DNA of 64,000 bases from Candidatus Omnitrophota bacterium (GTDB taxonomy: Bacteria; Omnitrophota; Gorgyraeia; Duberdicusellales; 4484-171). The notes under the pieces were generated by a model. The model worked only from the letters and a program-made list of their open reading frames with translations, did not search any database and was not told the origin of the DNA. This document shows, one piece after another, positions 1-8,378 of the stretch. The DNA lies in contig JBDRAN010000016.1 of NCBI GenBank assembly GCA_043823745.1, positions 1,243 to 65,242 on the forward strand, in the 5' to 3' direction. Position 1 is the stretch's first letter. Every line of letters starts with the position of its first letter. The translations under genes were made by a program, and so were the position numbers.

Positions 1-525
1 AGCCACCCGTACTATAAACTTTCGTGTAAAACGGCGCACCTTTTAACTAAAAAAGGCTACACGATCATCACCGGCGCGGGCCCGGGGATCATGGAGGCGG
101 CGAATAAAGGCGCACTTGCCGCCGGAGGCGTATCGGTAGGCCTTAATATTGTCATTCCTGAGCAGCAGAAACCAAATCCGTACATCAATTATCTTTTAGA
201 ATTTCGTTACTTTTTTGTTCGCAAAGTCATCTTCACGAAATATTCAAAGGCTTTCGTCGTGTTTCCCGGGGGGTATGGCACGCTTGATGAATTATTTGAA
301 GCCCTCGCGCTTATCCAAACCGAGCGGATTGATCCTATCCCGGTGGTATTAGTGGGGAAAAAATTTTGGAACGGTATGCTTTCCTGGTGCAAAGACAAAC
401 TCCTTGGAGAAGGGACATTGATTGAAGAGGACTTAAAGCTTATCTATATCGTTGATACGGCGACTGAGATTGTTTCGGCAATTGAGCGTTTCTACCGCAA
501 GGGTTCTCGTAATCGTAAGGATTGA
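1..525 (+). CDS. LOG-family protein (cytokinin riboside 5'-monophosphate phosphoribohydrolase-like Rossmann-fold protein); 5' end lies outside window
   Basis: Reading frame of the 91..525 ORF stays open back to nt 1 (…LAHLLTKKGYTIITGAGPGIMEAANKGALAAGG…). LOG signatures are present: glycine-rich GxGxxGxMxAxxxGA at the N-terminus and PGGYGTLDELFE in the centre. Confidence 0.75.
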   Translation, partial: SHPYYKLSCKTAHLLTKKGYTIITGAGPGIMEAANKGALAAGGVSVGLNIVIPEQQKPNPYINYLLEFRYFFVRKVIFTKYSKAFVVFPGGYGTLDELFEALALIQTERIDPIPVVLVGKKFWNGMLSWCKDKLLGEGTLIEEDLKLIYIVDTATEIVSAIERFYRKGSRNRKD

Positions 526-827
526 TCGTGAAAGGATTCCTGCGTTCCTGGCAAGAATTTGATCTGGAGGATGTCAAAAAGCATCTTATCGTGGTAGGCG
601 AGCTTTCCTCGGATTGCTTTTGCTGCCGCAAGATAGGGCTTGATTCTCATGCGCGGGCCTGCCCGAGCTGTAAAGCCTATTTTAAATATATGGGGTTTCG
701 TCGGCATGTTGACGGAGGCTATATTCATAAACTTCGCGCCGAACTCCCCAGTATTATTTTTATAGATTTTGATGACTTCAAAAAACTTATCGGGCAGCAA
801 CAAGCGAGGAAACTTTTAGATATTTAG
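522..827 (+). CDS. small Zn-ribbon protein (CxxC…CxxC), hypothetical
   Basis: 101-aa ORF whose TTG/GTG start overlaps the stop of the LOG gene (translational coupling). Has CFCC and CPSC cysteine pairs. No recognisable family. Confidence 0.35.
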   Translation: MIVKGFLRSWQEFDLEDVKKHLIVVGELSSDCFCCRKIGLDSHARACPSCKAYFKYMGFRRHVDGGYIHKLRAELPSIIFIDFDDFKKLIGQQQARKLLDI

Positions 828-904
828 CTGCAAGCCGCAGGCTGCAGGCTTCAAGCTTTTGTATTTTAAGCTTGTAGCATGAAGCGTGCAGCTTGTTTTG
901 CGCC

Positions 905-930
905 TGTGGCTCAATTGGATAGAGCATCTT
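905..930 (+). repeat. tRNA 5'-half (D-arm) fragment duplicating part of tRNA-Arg
   Basis: nt 909..927 (gctcaattggatagagcat) are 19/19 identical to nt 1253..1271 of the intact tRNA-Arg. No anticodon or T arm can be folded from the flanking sequence. Confidence 0.5.
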
Positions 931-1005
931 CAGCCCGAGGCTGATCCGCCTCCTGCGCCTGAGGCGCATCTGCCTCTGGCATGAGGCGGAGGCTTTTGAC
1001 CAAAA

Positions 1006-1266
1006 ATGTGGAGCGTATATGTCATAGAAAGTTTAAGAAATAATAAAAAATACGTGGGTTTTACTTCCAAAGAATCCATCATCAGGCTAAATGAACATAA
1101 TAAGGGATCAAACAGTTGGACGCGACAAAATAGACCTTTTAAGCTTATTTACATCGAAAAGTATAGTCGCGAGCAAGAAGCTAGAGCGCGAGAAAAATTT
1201 TTAAAATCTGGTCAAGGGCGAAAATATTTGGGAAAAGTATTATGCCCCGGTAGCTCAATTGGATAG
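1006..1266 (+). CDS. GIY-YIG nuclease family protein
   Basis: 86-aa ORF with a GIY-YIG core (WSVYVIES…KYVGFT…RLNEHN… spacing typical of the URI/GIY-YIG domain). Its 3' end overlaps the first 23 nt of tRNA-Arg. Confidence 0.55.
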   Translation: MWSVYVIESLRNNKKYVGFTSKESIIRLNEHNKGSNSWTRQNRPFKLIYIEKYSREQEARAREKFLKSGQGRKYLGKVLCPGSSIG

Positions 1267-1317
1267 AGCATTTGGCTTCGGACCAAAGGGTTGCGGGTTC
1301 GATTCCTGCTCGGGGCG
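1244..1317 (+). tRNA. tRNA-Arg (anticodon TCG)
   Basis: Hand-folded cloverleaf: acceptor GCCCCGG/TCGGGGC (one G-U), D-arm GCTC-AATTGGATA-GAGC, anticodon stem TTTGG/CCAAA with loop CTTCGGA (anticodon UCG), T-arm GCGGG-TTCGATT-CCTGC, discriminator G. CCA is not encoded. Confidence 0.8.
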
Positions 1318-1350
1318 TTGGTTGTTTGCTAAAGAGATCTAAAATTTTTC

Positions 1351-1442
1351 GGAGAGGTGCGAGAGCGGTTTAATCGGTACGCCTGGAGAGCGTAAGACCG
1401 CCGAAAAGTGGTCCGAGAGTTCAAATCTCTCCCTCTCCGCCA
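1351..1442 (+). tRNA. tRNA-Ser (anticodon GGA)
   Basis: Acceptor GGAGAGG/CCTCTCC, 3-bp D-stem, anticodon stem TACGC/GCGTA with loop CTGGAGA (anticodon GGA), long variable arm (AGACCGCCGAAAAGTGGTCCG), T-arm GAGAG-TTCAAAT-CTCTC, discriminator G, encoded CCA. Confidence 0.85.
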
Positions 1443-1524
1443 ATTTTTTATTTGCTCTTGAGGCGAGATTTCGGCTATCCCTCTGTAGCGAAATTCACCG
1501 GCGGGCGGTTCGAACTACCTACAC

Positions 1525-2070
1525 ATGAAGCATACGATCCTACCTGTTATAAAAAAACAAGATATTCCTGAGCAATATCGTAATACCCCTATTGGATTAT
1601 TGTTTGAGTATCATAATTTAAAACGCCCCTTTGACGTCTATGTGCAGGCGCAGCTTCTTATCGGCATGTGCATGGATAACCGTAAGCATCTTCATGTGCC
1701 GGATAATTTTGCGTTTATTATACGCTCCGGAGGAGCAAACTTGCGGTATAGTGAATTTAAAGTTTCATACGCGATTGCCGTGGGCAAAGTGAGGCATATC
1801 GCATTGATTGCCCATAATCATTGCGGGATGGTTAATTTGGCTTCACGGAAAGAGGAGTTCATTGACGGCTTAGTCACCAGGGCCGGCTGGAGCAGGGAAT
1901 CGGCCGAGGAGCATTTTATGAATTTGGCTCTTCTGCATGAAATAGGCAATGAAGTAGACTTTATCTTAAGCGAAACAAAGAGATTACGCACGAGATATCC
2001 TAAGATCGAGGTTGCTTCTTTGTATTATCGAGTCGAAGATACTCGGCTCTACGCCATTGTTGAGGGTTAG
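1525..2070 (+). CDS. beta-class carbonic anhydrase-like protein
   Basis: Contains the two beta-CA zinc-ligand motifs C-x-D-x-R (GMCMDNR) and H-x-x-C-G (AHNHCGM) with appropriate spacing. 181 aa. Confidence 0.6.
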   Translation: MKHTILPVIKKQDIPEQYRNTPIGLLFEYHNLKRPFDVYVQAQLLIGMCMDNRKHLHVPDNFAFIIRSGGANLRYSEFKVSYAIAVGKVRHIALIAHNHCGMVNLASRKEEFIDGLVTRAGWSRESAEEHFMNLALLHEIGNEVDFILSETKRLRTRYPKIEVASLYYRVEDTRLYAIVEG

Positions 2071-2129
2071 GAAGGTGGGGGGGGCGTCGTGTTTTTTCTT
2101 TTCAATAATAATGTACATGAAAGGTTAGG

Positions 2130-3026
2130 ATGGGATCATTCAAAAGTGAGTTAACCTGGTCAATTTCGCGCGACAGGCTTTTTCGCGAGTGCAAAAAAGC
2201 TTATTATTTTCACTATTATGCTTCCTGGGGCGGATGGGAGCGCAATGCGCCGGAACTATCCCGAAGAGCGTATCTTCTTCGTAATATTCAGAATATTGAC
2301 GCCTGGATCGGCGATATTGTTCACGAGGTTATTAAATGGGTGCTTACGCAGAAACAGCGAGGCGCGCTCCCGCCGTACGAACAGGCTATCGCCAAAACGA
2401 AACAGATGTTCCTTGCGACGTGGGAGCAGTCGCGAACACAAGCCTGGCGTAATAATGTAAAACACAATTGTAATCTTTTTGAGCATTATTATAAGCGTGA
2501 GCCCACACATGAAGAGCTTAAAGTAAAGTTATCCAAAGCGCAACGCAGCATTACCACCTTTTATGAGTGTGGTTTTCTTGAATCATTAGAGGGTTTATCG
2601 CCTGAGGCGTACGTAGCGGTCGATGAGCTTGATAGTTTTGATTTTGAAGGTATACGAGTTTTTGCGGTTCCTGATTTTGCTGTCCATAAGGATTCGTATG
2701 AATTGTATGATTGGAAAACCGGGAAGCCGAGCGATAACGATGTGCTTCAGCTATCTTGTTATGCTCTCTATGCGCAGGCCAAATGGCAGGCGGTTTTGGA
2801 ACATATACGGATTATTCCTGTTTATTTAGCCCAGGAAGATTTTGCGGTCAGCCCGTCTAGTATCATCGCCCCGGATGAAGTAAAGGTATATATGCGCGGC
2901 AGTATCGGCCAGATGAAGTCCTGTCTTTTTGATATCTCGGCGAATAAGGCCGATGAGCAGAAAATGTTCCGGACCACGGAGGCCTGGCGTTGTAAGAATT
3001 GTAAATTTCAAGAAATATGTCTTTAA
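2130..3026 (+). CDS. PD-(D/E)XK nuclease with Cas4/RecB-like Fe-S cysteine set
   Basis: PD…(D/E)xK core (VPDFAV … ELYDWKTGK). One N-terminal Cys (RECKKAYY) plus the C-terminal C-x2-C-x5-C (CKNCKFQEIC), the arrangement seen in Cas4/AddB-type 4Fe-4S nuclease domains. Confidence 0.6.
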   Translation: MGSFKSELTWSISRDRLFRECKKAYYFHYYASWGGWERNAPELSRRAYLLRNIQNIDAWIGDIVHEVIKWVLTQKQRGALPPYEQAIAKTKQMFLATWEQSRTQAWRNNVKHNCNLFEHYYKREPTHEELKVKLSKAQRSITTFYECGFLESLEGLSPEAYVAVDELDSFDFEGIRVFAVPDFAVHKDSYELYDWKTGKPSDNDVLQLSCYALYAQAKWQAVLEHIRIIPVYLAQEDFAVSPSSIIAPDEVKVYMRGSIGQMKSCLFDISANKADEQKMFRTTEAWRCKNCKFQEICL

Positions 3027-3160
3027 GGCAATAAGCGCGTGTGATATTCAGTTTTCGTTAAAGATCATTAATGCTTCTTCGTGCATGTAATGGAGAAATC
3101 TTTCTTGAGCTCTTCGTTTTCCTACTAAATACTATTTATCCCTGCTATATATAATTAATA

Positions 3161-4399
3161 ATGACTCAACGAATAGTTATTACCGGTCTTGGCGTAGTAA
3201 GTCCCCTTGGCATAGGAAAAGAGGCATTCAGTAAAAACATATGCTCCGGCGTTTCGGGGGTGCGGCCTATCTCCTTGTTTGACACCGCTGATTTTGACGC
3301 TCAAACCGCGGCAGAGATAACGGATTTTGCTCCTGAGCAGTATGTGGGGAAAAAGGGGTTAAGGCTCCTTGATCGTAGCACAAAACTGACCCTTTGTGCT
3401 GCGCACCTTGCCTTGGATGATTCCGGTGTCAGCGTCACGGACGACAATACAAAGGAAATTGGTTTGGTTTTGGCTTCAACGTTTGGGAGCCTTTCCAGTA
3501 TCAGTAACTTTGATCGCGAGGCTCTCTTGGAAGGACCTCAATACGTTAATCCCGCACTTTTTTCAAATACCGTTATTAATTCGCCGGCCAGCCAAGCGTG
3601 TATTAAGTACGGTATTCGTGGTTTTAGCGCGACAATCTCGACCGGTTTTGGCGCAAGCCTTGATGCATTGCACTATGCCGCGTATTCTATACGAGCGGGG
3701 CGCGCCCGCATCGTGCTTGCCGGAGGAGTTGAGGAATTATGTATTCAGATTTTTTTGGGATTCTATAAGAGCGGGCTGCTTTCAATAAAATCTGAAAGAT
3801 TAACGGAAGAGATACGGCCGTTTGATCGAGAACGAAACGGGTTTGTGATAGGAGAAGGGGCGGTATTTTTAGTACTTGAAGAATTAAGGAGCGCCGAGGC
3901 TCGAGGAGCACGCATATACGCGGAGATGTCTGGTTATGGGAGCGGTTTTACGCCGCATTGCACGAGTCGTTATAGCCCGGGCCCTGAAGGATTAAAGCGT
4001 GCGATGCGCCAAGCTCTTGTCCACGGAAAACTTGTTCCGGGCGATATTGATTGCGTTTTTGCGGCGGCAAATGGAAGTCCAAAAGGAGATCGTTTTGAAG
4101 CGGAGGCGATACGCAATGTTTTTAGCAAGGAATCTTCTCGTCCGACAATAACCGCGGTAAAGTCAATGCTTGGAGAAACCTATAGCGCAGGGGGCTCTTT
4201 TGCTGCCGCGGCTGCGTTGTGTGCCCTGGAACGGCAGATGGTTCCGCCCACACTTCATCATGTAACGCCCGACCCCTCATGCACCGTTTCTTCGCTGGCA
4301 ACAGCGCCGCATGCGCACAGCTTGCGGCATGTCCTGGTCAATGCGGCCGGTCCCGGCGGGAACAATTCCAGCCTTGTGTTTTCGAAAGATTTCGGTTAA
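3161..4399 (+). CDS. beta-ketoacyl synthase-like protein lacking the Cys-His-His triad (chain-length-factor / KS-beta-like partner)
   Basis: Thiolase-fold KAS I/II-like sequence (MTQRIVITGLGVVSPLGIGKEAF…NAAGPGGNNSSLVF). The active-site Cys position reads S/T (FSATISTGFGAS), HGTGT is replaced by ANGSPKGD, and GHxxGAAG by GETYSAGG. Confidence 0.75.
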   Translation: MTQRIVITGLGVVSPLGIGKEAFSKNICSGVSGVRPISLFDTADFDAQTAAEITDFAPEQYVGKKGLRLLDRSTKLTLCAAHLALDDSGVSVTDDNTKEIGLVLASTFGSLSSISNFDREALLEGPQYVNPALFSNTVINSPASQACIKYGIRGFSATISTGFGASLDALHYAAYSIRAGRARIVLAGGVEELCIQIFLGFYKSGLLSIKSERLTEEIRPFDRERNGFVIGEGAVFLVLEELRSAEARGARIYAEMSGYGSGFTPHCTSRYSPGPEGLKRAMRQALVHGKLVPGDIDCVFAAANGSPKGDRFEAEAIRNVFSKESSRPTITAVKSMLGETYSAGGSFAAAAALCALERQMVPPTLHHVTPDPSCTVSSLATAPHAHSLRHVLVNAAGPGGNNSSLVFSKDFG

Positions 4400-4450
4400 A
4401 ATAGACGCAGTTTGTGTTAATATAAGATTTTACGTTCAGGAGGATATGCA

Positions 4451-4705
4451 ATGAGCGATATAGAAAAAGAGATACGGGAATTGATCGCGTATGTGCTTGA
4501 GCGAGAGCCATCGGAAATTACACCTGACGTGCGCCTGGTAGAGGATCTAGGAGTTGATTCGATGATGGCTCTTGAAATTCTAGCTGCTACAGAAAAAAAA
4601 TTTAAGATTTCTATTCCGGGAGAGCGTCTTCCTGAAATGAATACGTTGCGCGCAACCGTAGCGATCGCTCAAGAGTACCTGGATGCGAAAGGTCAGTCTC
4701 AATAA
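4451..4705 (+). CDS. acyl carrier protein
   Basis: 84 aa with the phosphopantetheine attachment motif LGVDSMMALE (DSL-type serine). RBS aggagga 7 nt upstream. Confidence 0.85.
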   Translation: MSDIEKEIRELIAYVLEREPSEITPDVRLVEDLGVDSMMALEILAATEKKFKISIPGERLPEMNTLRATVAIAQEYLDAKGQSQ

Positions 4706-4725
4706 CCCATCGTTCCTTTTCTCGC

Positions 4726-5937
4726 ATGAATACACGAATCGTTGCTACCGGCCTCGGGGTTATTTCCTCGTTAGGCATCGGCAAAGATACATTTTGGAAC
4801 GCGGTATGCAAAGGCATGTCGGGTATTTCCCCGGTCACGTCGTTTGATACTTCCGCGTTTCCCACTCACCGCGGCGGAGAAGTCAAGGATTTTAATCCTT
4901 TAGAATTTGTAGGTCAGCGCAAAGCTTCCGCGTTTGGCCGTTCCTCATTGTTTGCGGTCAGTGCTGCCTGTCTTGCCGCCCGTGATGCAAATATTGATTT
5001 TTCCGGAGCGCACGATCGCGCCGGGGTCTGCCTGGGGACCACGATGGGGGAAACAAGGCTTTTTGAGCGTCTTAATGAAGCATGGTCAAAAAAAGGCCAC
5101 CAGAGCATTGAGCCAGGCCTCTTACCGCAGATCCCGCCCTATAGTATGGCTGCTCATGTTGCATCTGAGTTCGGTTTACGGGGTCCGAATTACCTTATCC
5201 CGACAGCATGCGCCGCCGGTAATTACGCCATAGGGTATGCGTGTGATCTCATAAAAGATGGAACGGTTGATCTCATGCTTGCCGGAGGCGTTGACGCTTT
5301 TTCGCGCATAGCCTTTTGCGGTTTTAACCGCCTGTTAGCGGTAGCTCCCGAAGTCTGTCAGCCTTTTGATAAAAATAGAAAGGGGATGATGGTGGGCGAA
5401 GGGGCGGGTATTGTGCTTCTTGAAACTCTTGAACATGCGCGCAGCCGCGGCGCAACTATTTACGCTGAGGTTTTGGGGTACGGCGTCAGCTGTGATGCGT
5501 TCCATATGACCGCGCCCGCGCACCAGGGCATCAAAGAAGCGCTCTGTGCGACGCTGCGCGCGAGCAGCCTGAAGATTGGTGATGTTGATTACCTGAACGC
5601 TCACGGGACAGGTACTCCTGCTAACGACAAAGAAGAGTGCCGCGCGATCAAAGAGGTATTTGGCGATACTTACAAGAAACTGGCGGTAAGCTCTATAAAA
5701 TCGATGCTGGGTCACACCATGGGCGCCGCTTCCGCCCTGGAGGCAATTGCCTGCTGCCTTACGCTTAAATACGGGATTATTCCGCCTACGATTAATTTTT
5801 CAACTCCAGACCCTGACTGCGATATTGATTGCGTGCCGAATATCGCCCGTTGCCGCGACGTGCGCGTTGCGCTTAATAACGCGTTCGCGTTTGGCGGCAA
5901 TAATTCATGCCTTGCGCTTGCGAAATTCCCCTCTTAA
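4726..5937 (+). CDS. beta-ketoacyl-[ACP] synthase (active KS, FabF/FabB-like)
   Basis: Catalytic Cys in PTACAAGNYAIG, His in AHGTGTPANDKEE, His in SMLGHTMGAASALE. Typical KS N-terminus MNTRIVATGLGVISSLG. Confidence 0.85.
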   Translation: MNTRIVATGLGVISSLGIGKDTFWNAVCKGMSGISPVTSFDTSAFPTHRGGEVKDFNPLEFVGQRKASAFGRSSLFAVSAACLAARDANIDFSGAHDRAGVCLGTTMGETRLFERLNEAWSKKGHQSIEPGLLPQIPPYSMAAHVASEFGLRGPNYLIPTACAAGNYAIGYACDLIKDGTVDLMLAGGVDAFSRIAFCGFNRLLAVAPEVCQPFDKNRKGMMVGEGAGIVLLETLEHARSRGATIYAEVLGYGVSCDAFHMTAPAHQGIKEALCATLRASSLKIGDVDYLNAHGTGTPANDKEECRAIKEVFGDTYKKLAVSSIKSMLGHTMGAASALEAIACCLTLKYGIIPPTINFSTPDPDCDIDCVPNIARCRDVRVALNNAFAFGGNNSCLALAKFPS

Positions 5938-6000
5938 ATTTTCTTTCCTTCGGGAAAATATCATGTAACTTTATTTTTTTGTGCTATAATACGTTTTTGT

Positions 6001-6837
6001 ATGGAACCGGTTAATTCAAAAAAATATAATTTTTTTTTCAAAGGGACTAACGGCACAGCGGTCTTGTTGATCCACGGCATTACCGGCACGCCGTCGGAAA
6101 TGAGCTACCTTGGCCGTTCGCTGCATAAGGCCGGTTTTTCAGTCCTCTGTAACGCTCTCCCGAGGCATTGCGCAAGCTTGCATGAGCTTAAAAAGGTTAC
6201 CTGGCAGGAGATTGAGGCAGCGTGTGTTGCTGATTACGAGACCCTCAGCGCGCAGTACCAAAAAGTGTTCATCTGCGGGCTTTCTATGGGGGCGCTTCTG
6301 GCGGTGCATATCGCGCACAAGTTTGCGCACGGGGTAACCGGCATCATCGCGCTTGCACCAACTGTCTTTTATGATGGCTGGGCGCTCCATAAGGGTAAGA
6401 TTTTTCTCGATTTAGCATGGCATATTCCGTATTTGCGCAGGCGCATCAATATCAGGGAAGGCTGGCCGTACGGGCTTAAGGATGAGACAATACGCGGACA
6501 TATTGAACGTTTTTATAAAAGCGCGAACGCCGGCGCTCTTGACGATAAGGTGCTTTTGTTCGGGAGCCCGTTTTTTCCGCTCGCCTGCCTTTATCAGCAT
6601 CATCAGTTTGCCAAAGTAGTCAAAAAGGAATTGTCTGCAGTTTCGACCCCTATCCTTGCGGTTCACGCTCAAGAGGATGATATGGTCAGTATCAAAAACG
6701 CTCAATATCTTCTTGAGCATATCGGTTCGCCGGATAAAAAGTTAGTGACACTCCAGGACAGCTATCATATGATCACCATCGACAAGGAAAAAGACCGCGT
6801 TGCCCGGGAAGTTATCACGTTCATAAATAAATTCTAG
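6001..6837 (+). CDS. alpha/beta-hydrolase fold protein (esterase/thioesterase-like)
   Basis: GxSxG nucleophile elbow (GLSMGALLA), oxyanion-region HGITGT near the N-terminus, C-terminal D/H region. 278 aa. Confidence 0.65.
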   Translation: MEPVNSKKYNFFFKGTNGTAVLLIHGITGTPSEMSYLGRSLHKAGFSVLCNALPRHCASLHELKKVTWQEIEAACVADYETLSAQYQKVFICGLSMGALLAVHIAHKFAHGVTGIIALAPTVFYDGWALHKGKIFLDLAWHIPYLRRRINIREGWPYGLKDETIRGHIERFYKSANAGALDDKVLLFGSPFFPLACLYQHHQFAKVVKKELSAVSTPILAVHAQEDDMVSIKNAQYLLEHIGSPDKKLVTLQDSYHMITIDKEKDRVAREVITFINKF

Positions 6838-6844
6838 TCTAGGG

Positions 6845-8356
6845 ATGGATTACGATGTTGCTGTTATTGGGGCAGGAATCGGAGGGGTTACCGCCGCGTA
6901 TTTTCTTGCGCAGGAGGGTAAGCGGGTAATTCTTTTTGAGCGTGGGCCTCGCGTTGGCGGCTACGCTACAACGTTTAAGCGCAAAGGCTTTACTTTTGAG
7001 TCTTCAATTCATTGTGTTGACGATTTAGCTGATGACGGCGATTTTGCAACACTCCTTGCTGATTCAGGTCTATGGCAGAAAGTAACGTGCCTTCCCGCCA
7101 AGAGTTTTGCCCGCGTTATCTATCCGGAGCACGATTTTATTTTGGATGGCAGTAAAGATACTCTTTTCTCTTATTTTAAATCAACATTTCCCGAGCAGAG
7201 TAAGAACTTTGATAGGCTCAGCAGCGCGCTTGATCGTTTCTATGCTCAATTCGATACCTTCCGCGATTCACGCATCCCGGATTGGATAAATTTTCTTTTA
7301 GCGCCGCTTCGTTTTCCTTCTTTTCTTTCGCTTTCCAAAAAAACAGTTGAGGAATATTTGAGTGCGTACATAACCGATGCTAAAGCACGCGCGTTATTCG
7401 CGAATTTCTGGCATTTCTTAGGGTTACCTCCATCGCAGCTTTCGGCATTTTTTTTCTTTTTGGCCTTCCGGGGGTATTATTGCGATAAGCCGCATTATAT
7501 CCAGGGAGGTTTTAGTAGGCTCCTGGAGGGGATGGTCGAGGGGATAAAAGTAAAGGGTGGCCAGGTTCGTTTTAATACATCAGTGAGTTCTATTATCAGT
7601 GAGGATCAACGGGCGAACGGAGTTCTCACGGAAGCTGGCGAGTGTTTTTTTGTCCCCGCAATAATTTCGAACGTAAATGCTTTGGATACATTAACCAAAA
7701 TGCCCATTGAGGAGTCCATCAAAAAGAATTATCTTGCAAAACTTACCTCTATAGAAAAGTCAATCTCAGGGGTGCAAGTTTACCTTGGCCTTTCGGTTCC
7801 CGCGGCTTCTTTGGGTATGAATAGCCCGATGTTTTTTGTAAATGCAACCTACGATCATGACGCGACCTTTGCCTGCGCGACGAGAGAGGACTATGAGCAT
7901 TGCCTTCTTGAGATCGTCGATCACGCTCAAATCGATTCAACCCTGGCTCCTGTCGGTAAGGGAACCCTTGCGATTATGACGTGCGACCTCTATGAGCATT
8001 GGGCAACGCTCCCGCGGCATGAATATGAAGTAAAGAAGGAGGCTGTTGGTCGTAAGCTCATTGAACGCGTCGAGCGGCTTCTGCCTGGGCTTTCGAAGGC
8101 GATTGAGGTTATCGAGGTTGCCACCCCGCTTACCATGGAGCGCTATACGCGCGCACCGAGCGGCGCGTTGTATGGATTTGCAGCTACGGTTGATCAGGTT
8201 GGGCCGCGGCGTCTTGACCGGAAAACAAAAATGAAAGGTTTGTATCTTGCCGGAGCCTGGACACAGCCGGGTCACGGTGCTCACGCCTGTTTTCTCTCGG
8301 GGTATCTTGCCGCGCAGGAGGTGTGTACCTTTCTGGGGTCGAAAAAAAGATTCTAA
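6845..8356 (+). CDS. FAD-dependent oxidoreductase, phytoene-desaturase (CrtI/CrtD) family
   Basis: N-terminal dinucleotide-binding motif DVAVIGAGIGGVTAAYFLAQEGKRVILFERGPRVGG. Length 503 aa and overall architecture match the CrtI/amine-oxidase superfamily. Confidence 0.7.
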   Translation: MDYDVAVIGAGIGGVTAAYFLAQEGKRVILFERGPRVGGYATTFKRKGFTFESSIHCVDDLADDGDFATLLADSGLWQKVTCLPAKSFARVIYPEHDFILDGSKDTLFSYFKSTFPEQSKNFDRLSSALDRFYAQFDTFRDSRIPDWINFLLAPLRFPSFLSLSKKTVEEYLSAYITDAKARALFANFWHFLGLPPSQLSAFFFFLAFRGYYCDKPHYIQGGFSRLLEGMVEGIKVKGGQVRFNTSVSSIISEDQRANGVLTEAGECFFVPAIISNVNALDTLTKMPIEESIKKNYLAKLTSIEKSISGVQVYLGLSVPAASLGMNSPMFFVNATYDHDATFACATREDYEHCLLEIVDHAQIDSTLAPVGKGTLAIMTCDLYEHWATLPRHEYEVKKEAVGRKLIERVERLLPGLSKAIEVIEVATPLTMERYTRAPSGALYGFAATVDQVGPRRLDRKTKMKGLYLAGAWTQPGHGAHACFLSGYLAAQEVCTFLGSKKRF

Positions 8357-8378
8357 CCGATACGATGCTCTTTCCTTC

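Noticed and set aside
905-960. Second intact tRNA upstream of the GIY-YIG ORF
   Set aside because: Only the D-arm 19-mer matches. No anticodon arm or T arm can be folded and there is no acceptor-stem complement, so this is a fragment and not a gene.
2130-3026. A CRISPR-Cas locus implied by the Cas4-like nuclease
   Set aside because: No cas1, cas2, effector genes or repeat-spacer array are found anywhere in the 64 kb, so the gene is reported only as a stand-alone nuclease.
3396-3788. 130-aa alternative-frame ORF inside the KS-like gene, and similar internal ORFs such as 2218..2460 and 4934..5233
   Set aside because: They are nested within strongly supported homologous CDSs in other frames and show no domain signatures.
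8247-8378. Upstream start for the TPR protein
   Set aside because: It overlaps 110 nt of the preceding oxidoreductase gene in another frame. The signal-peptide-like sequence begins at the internal ATG 8379.
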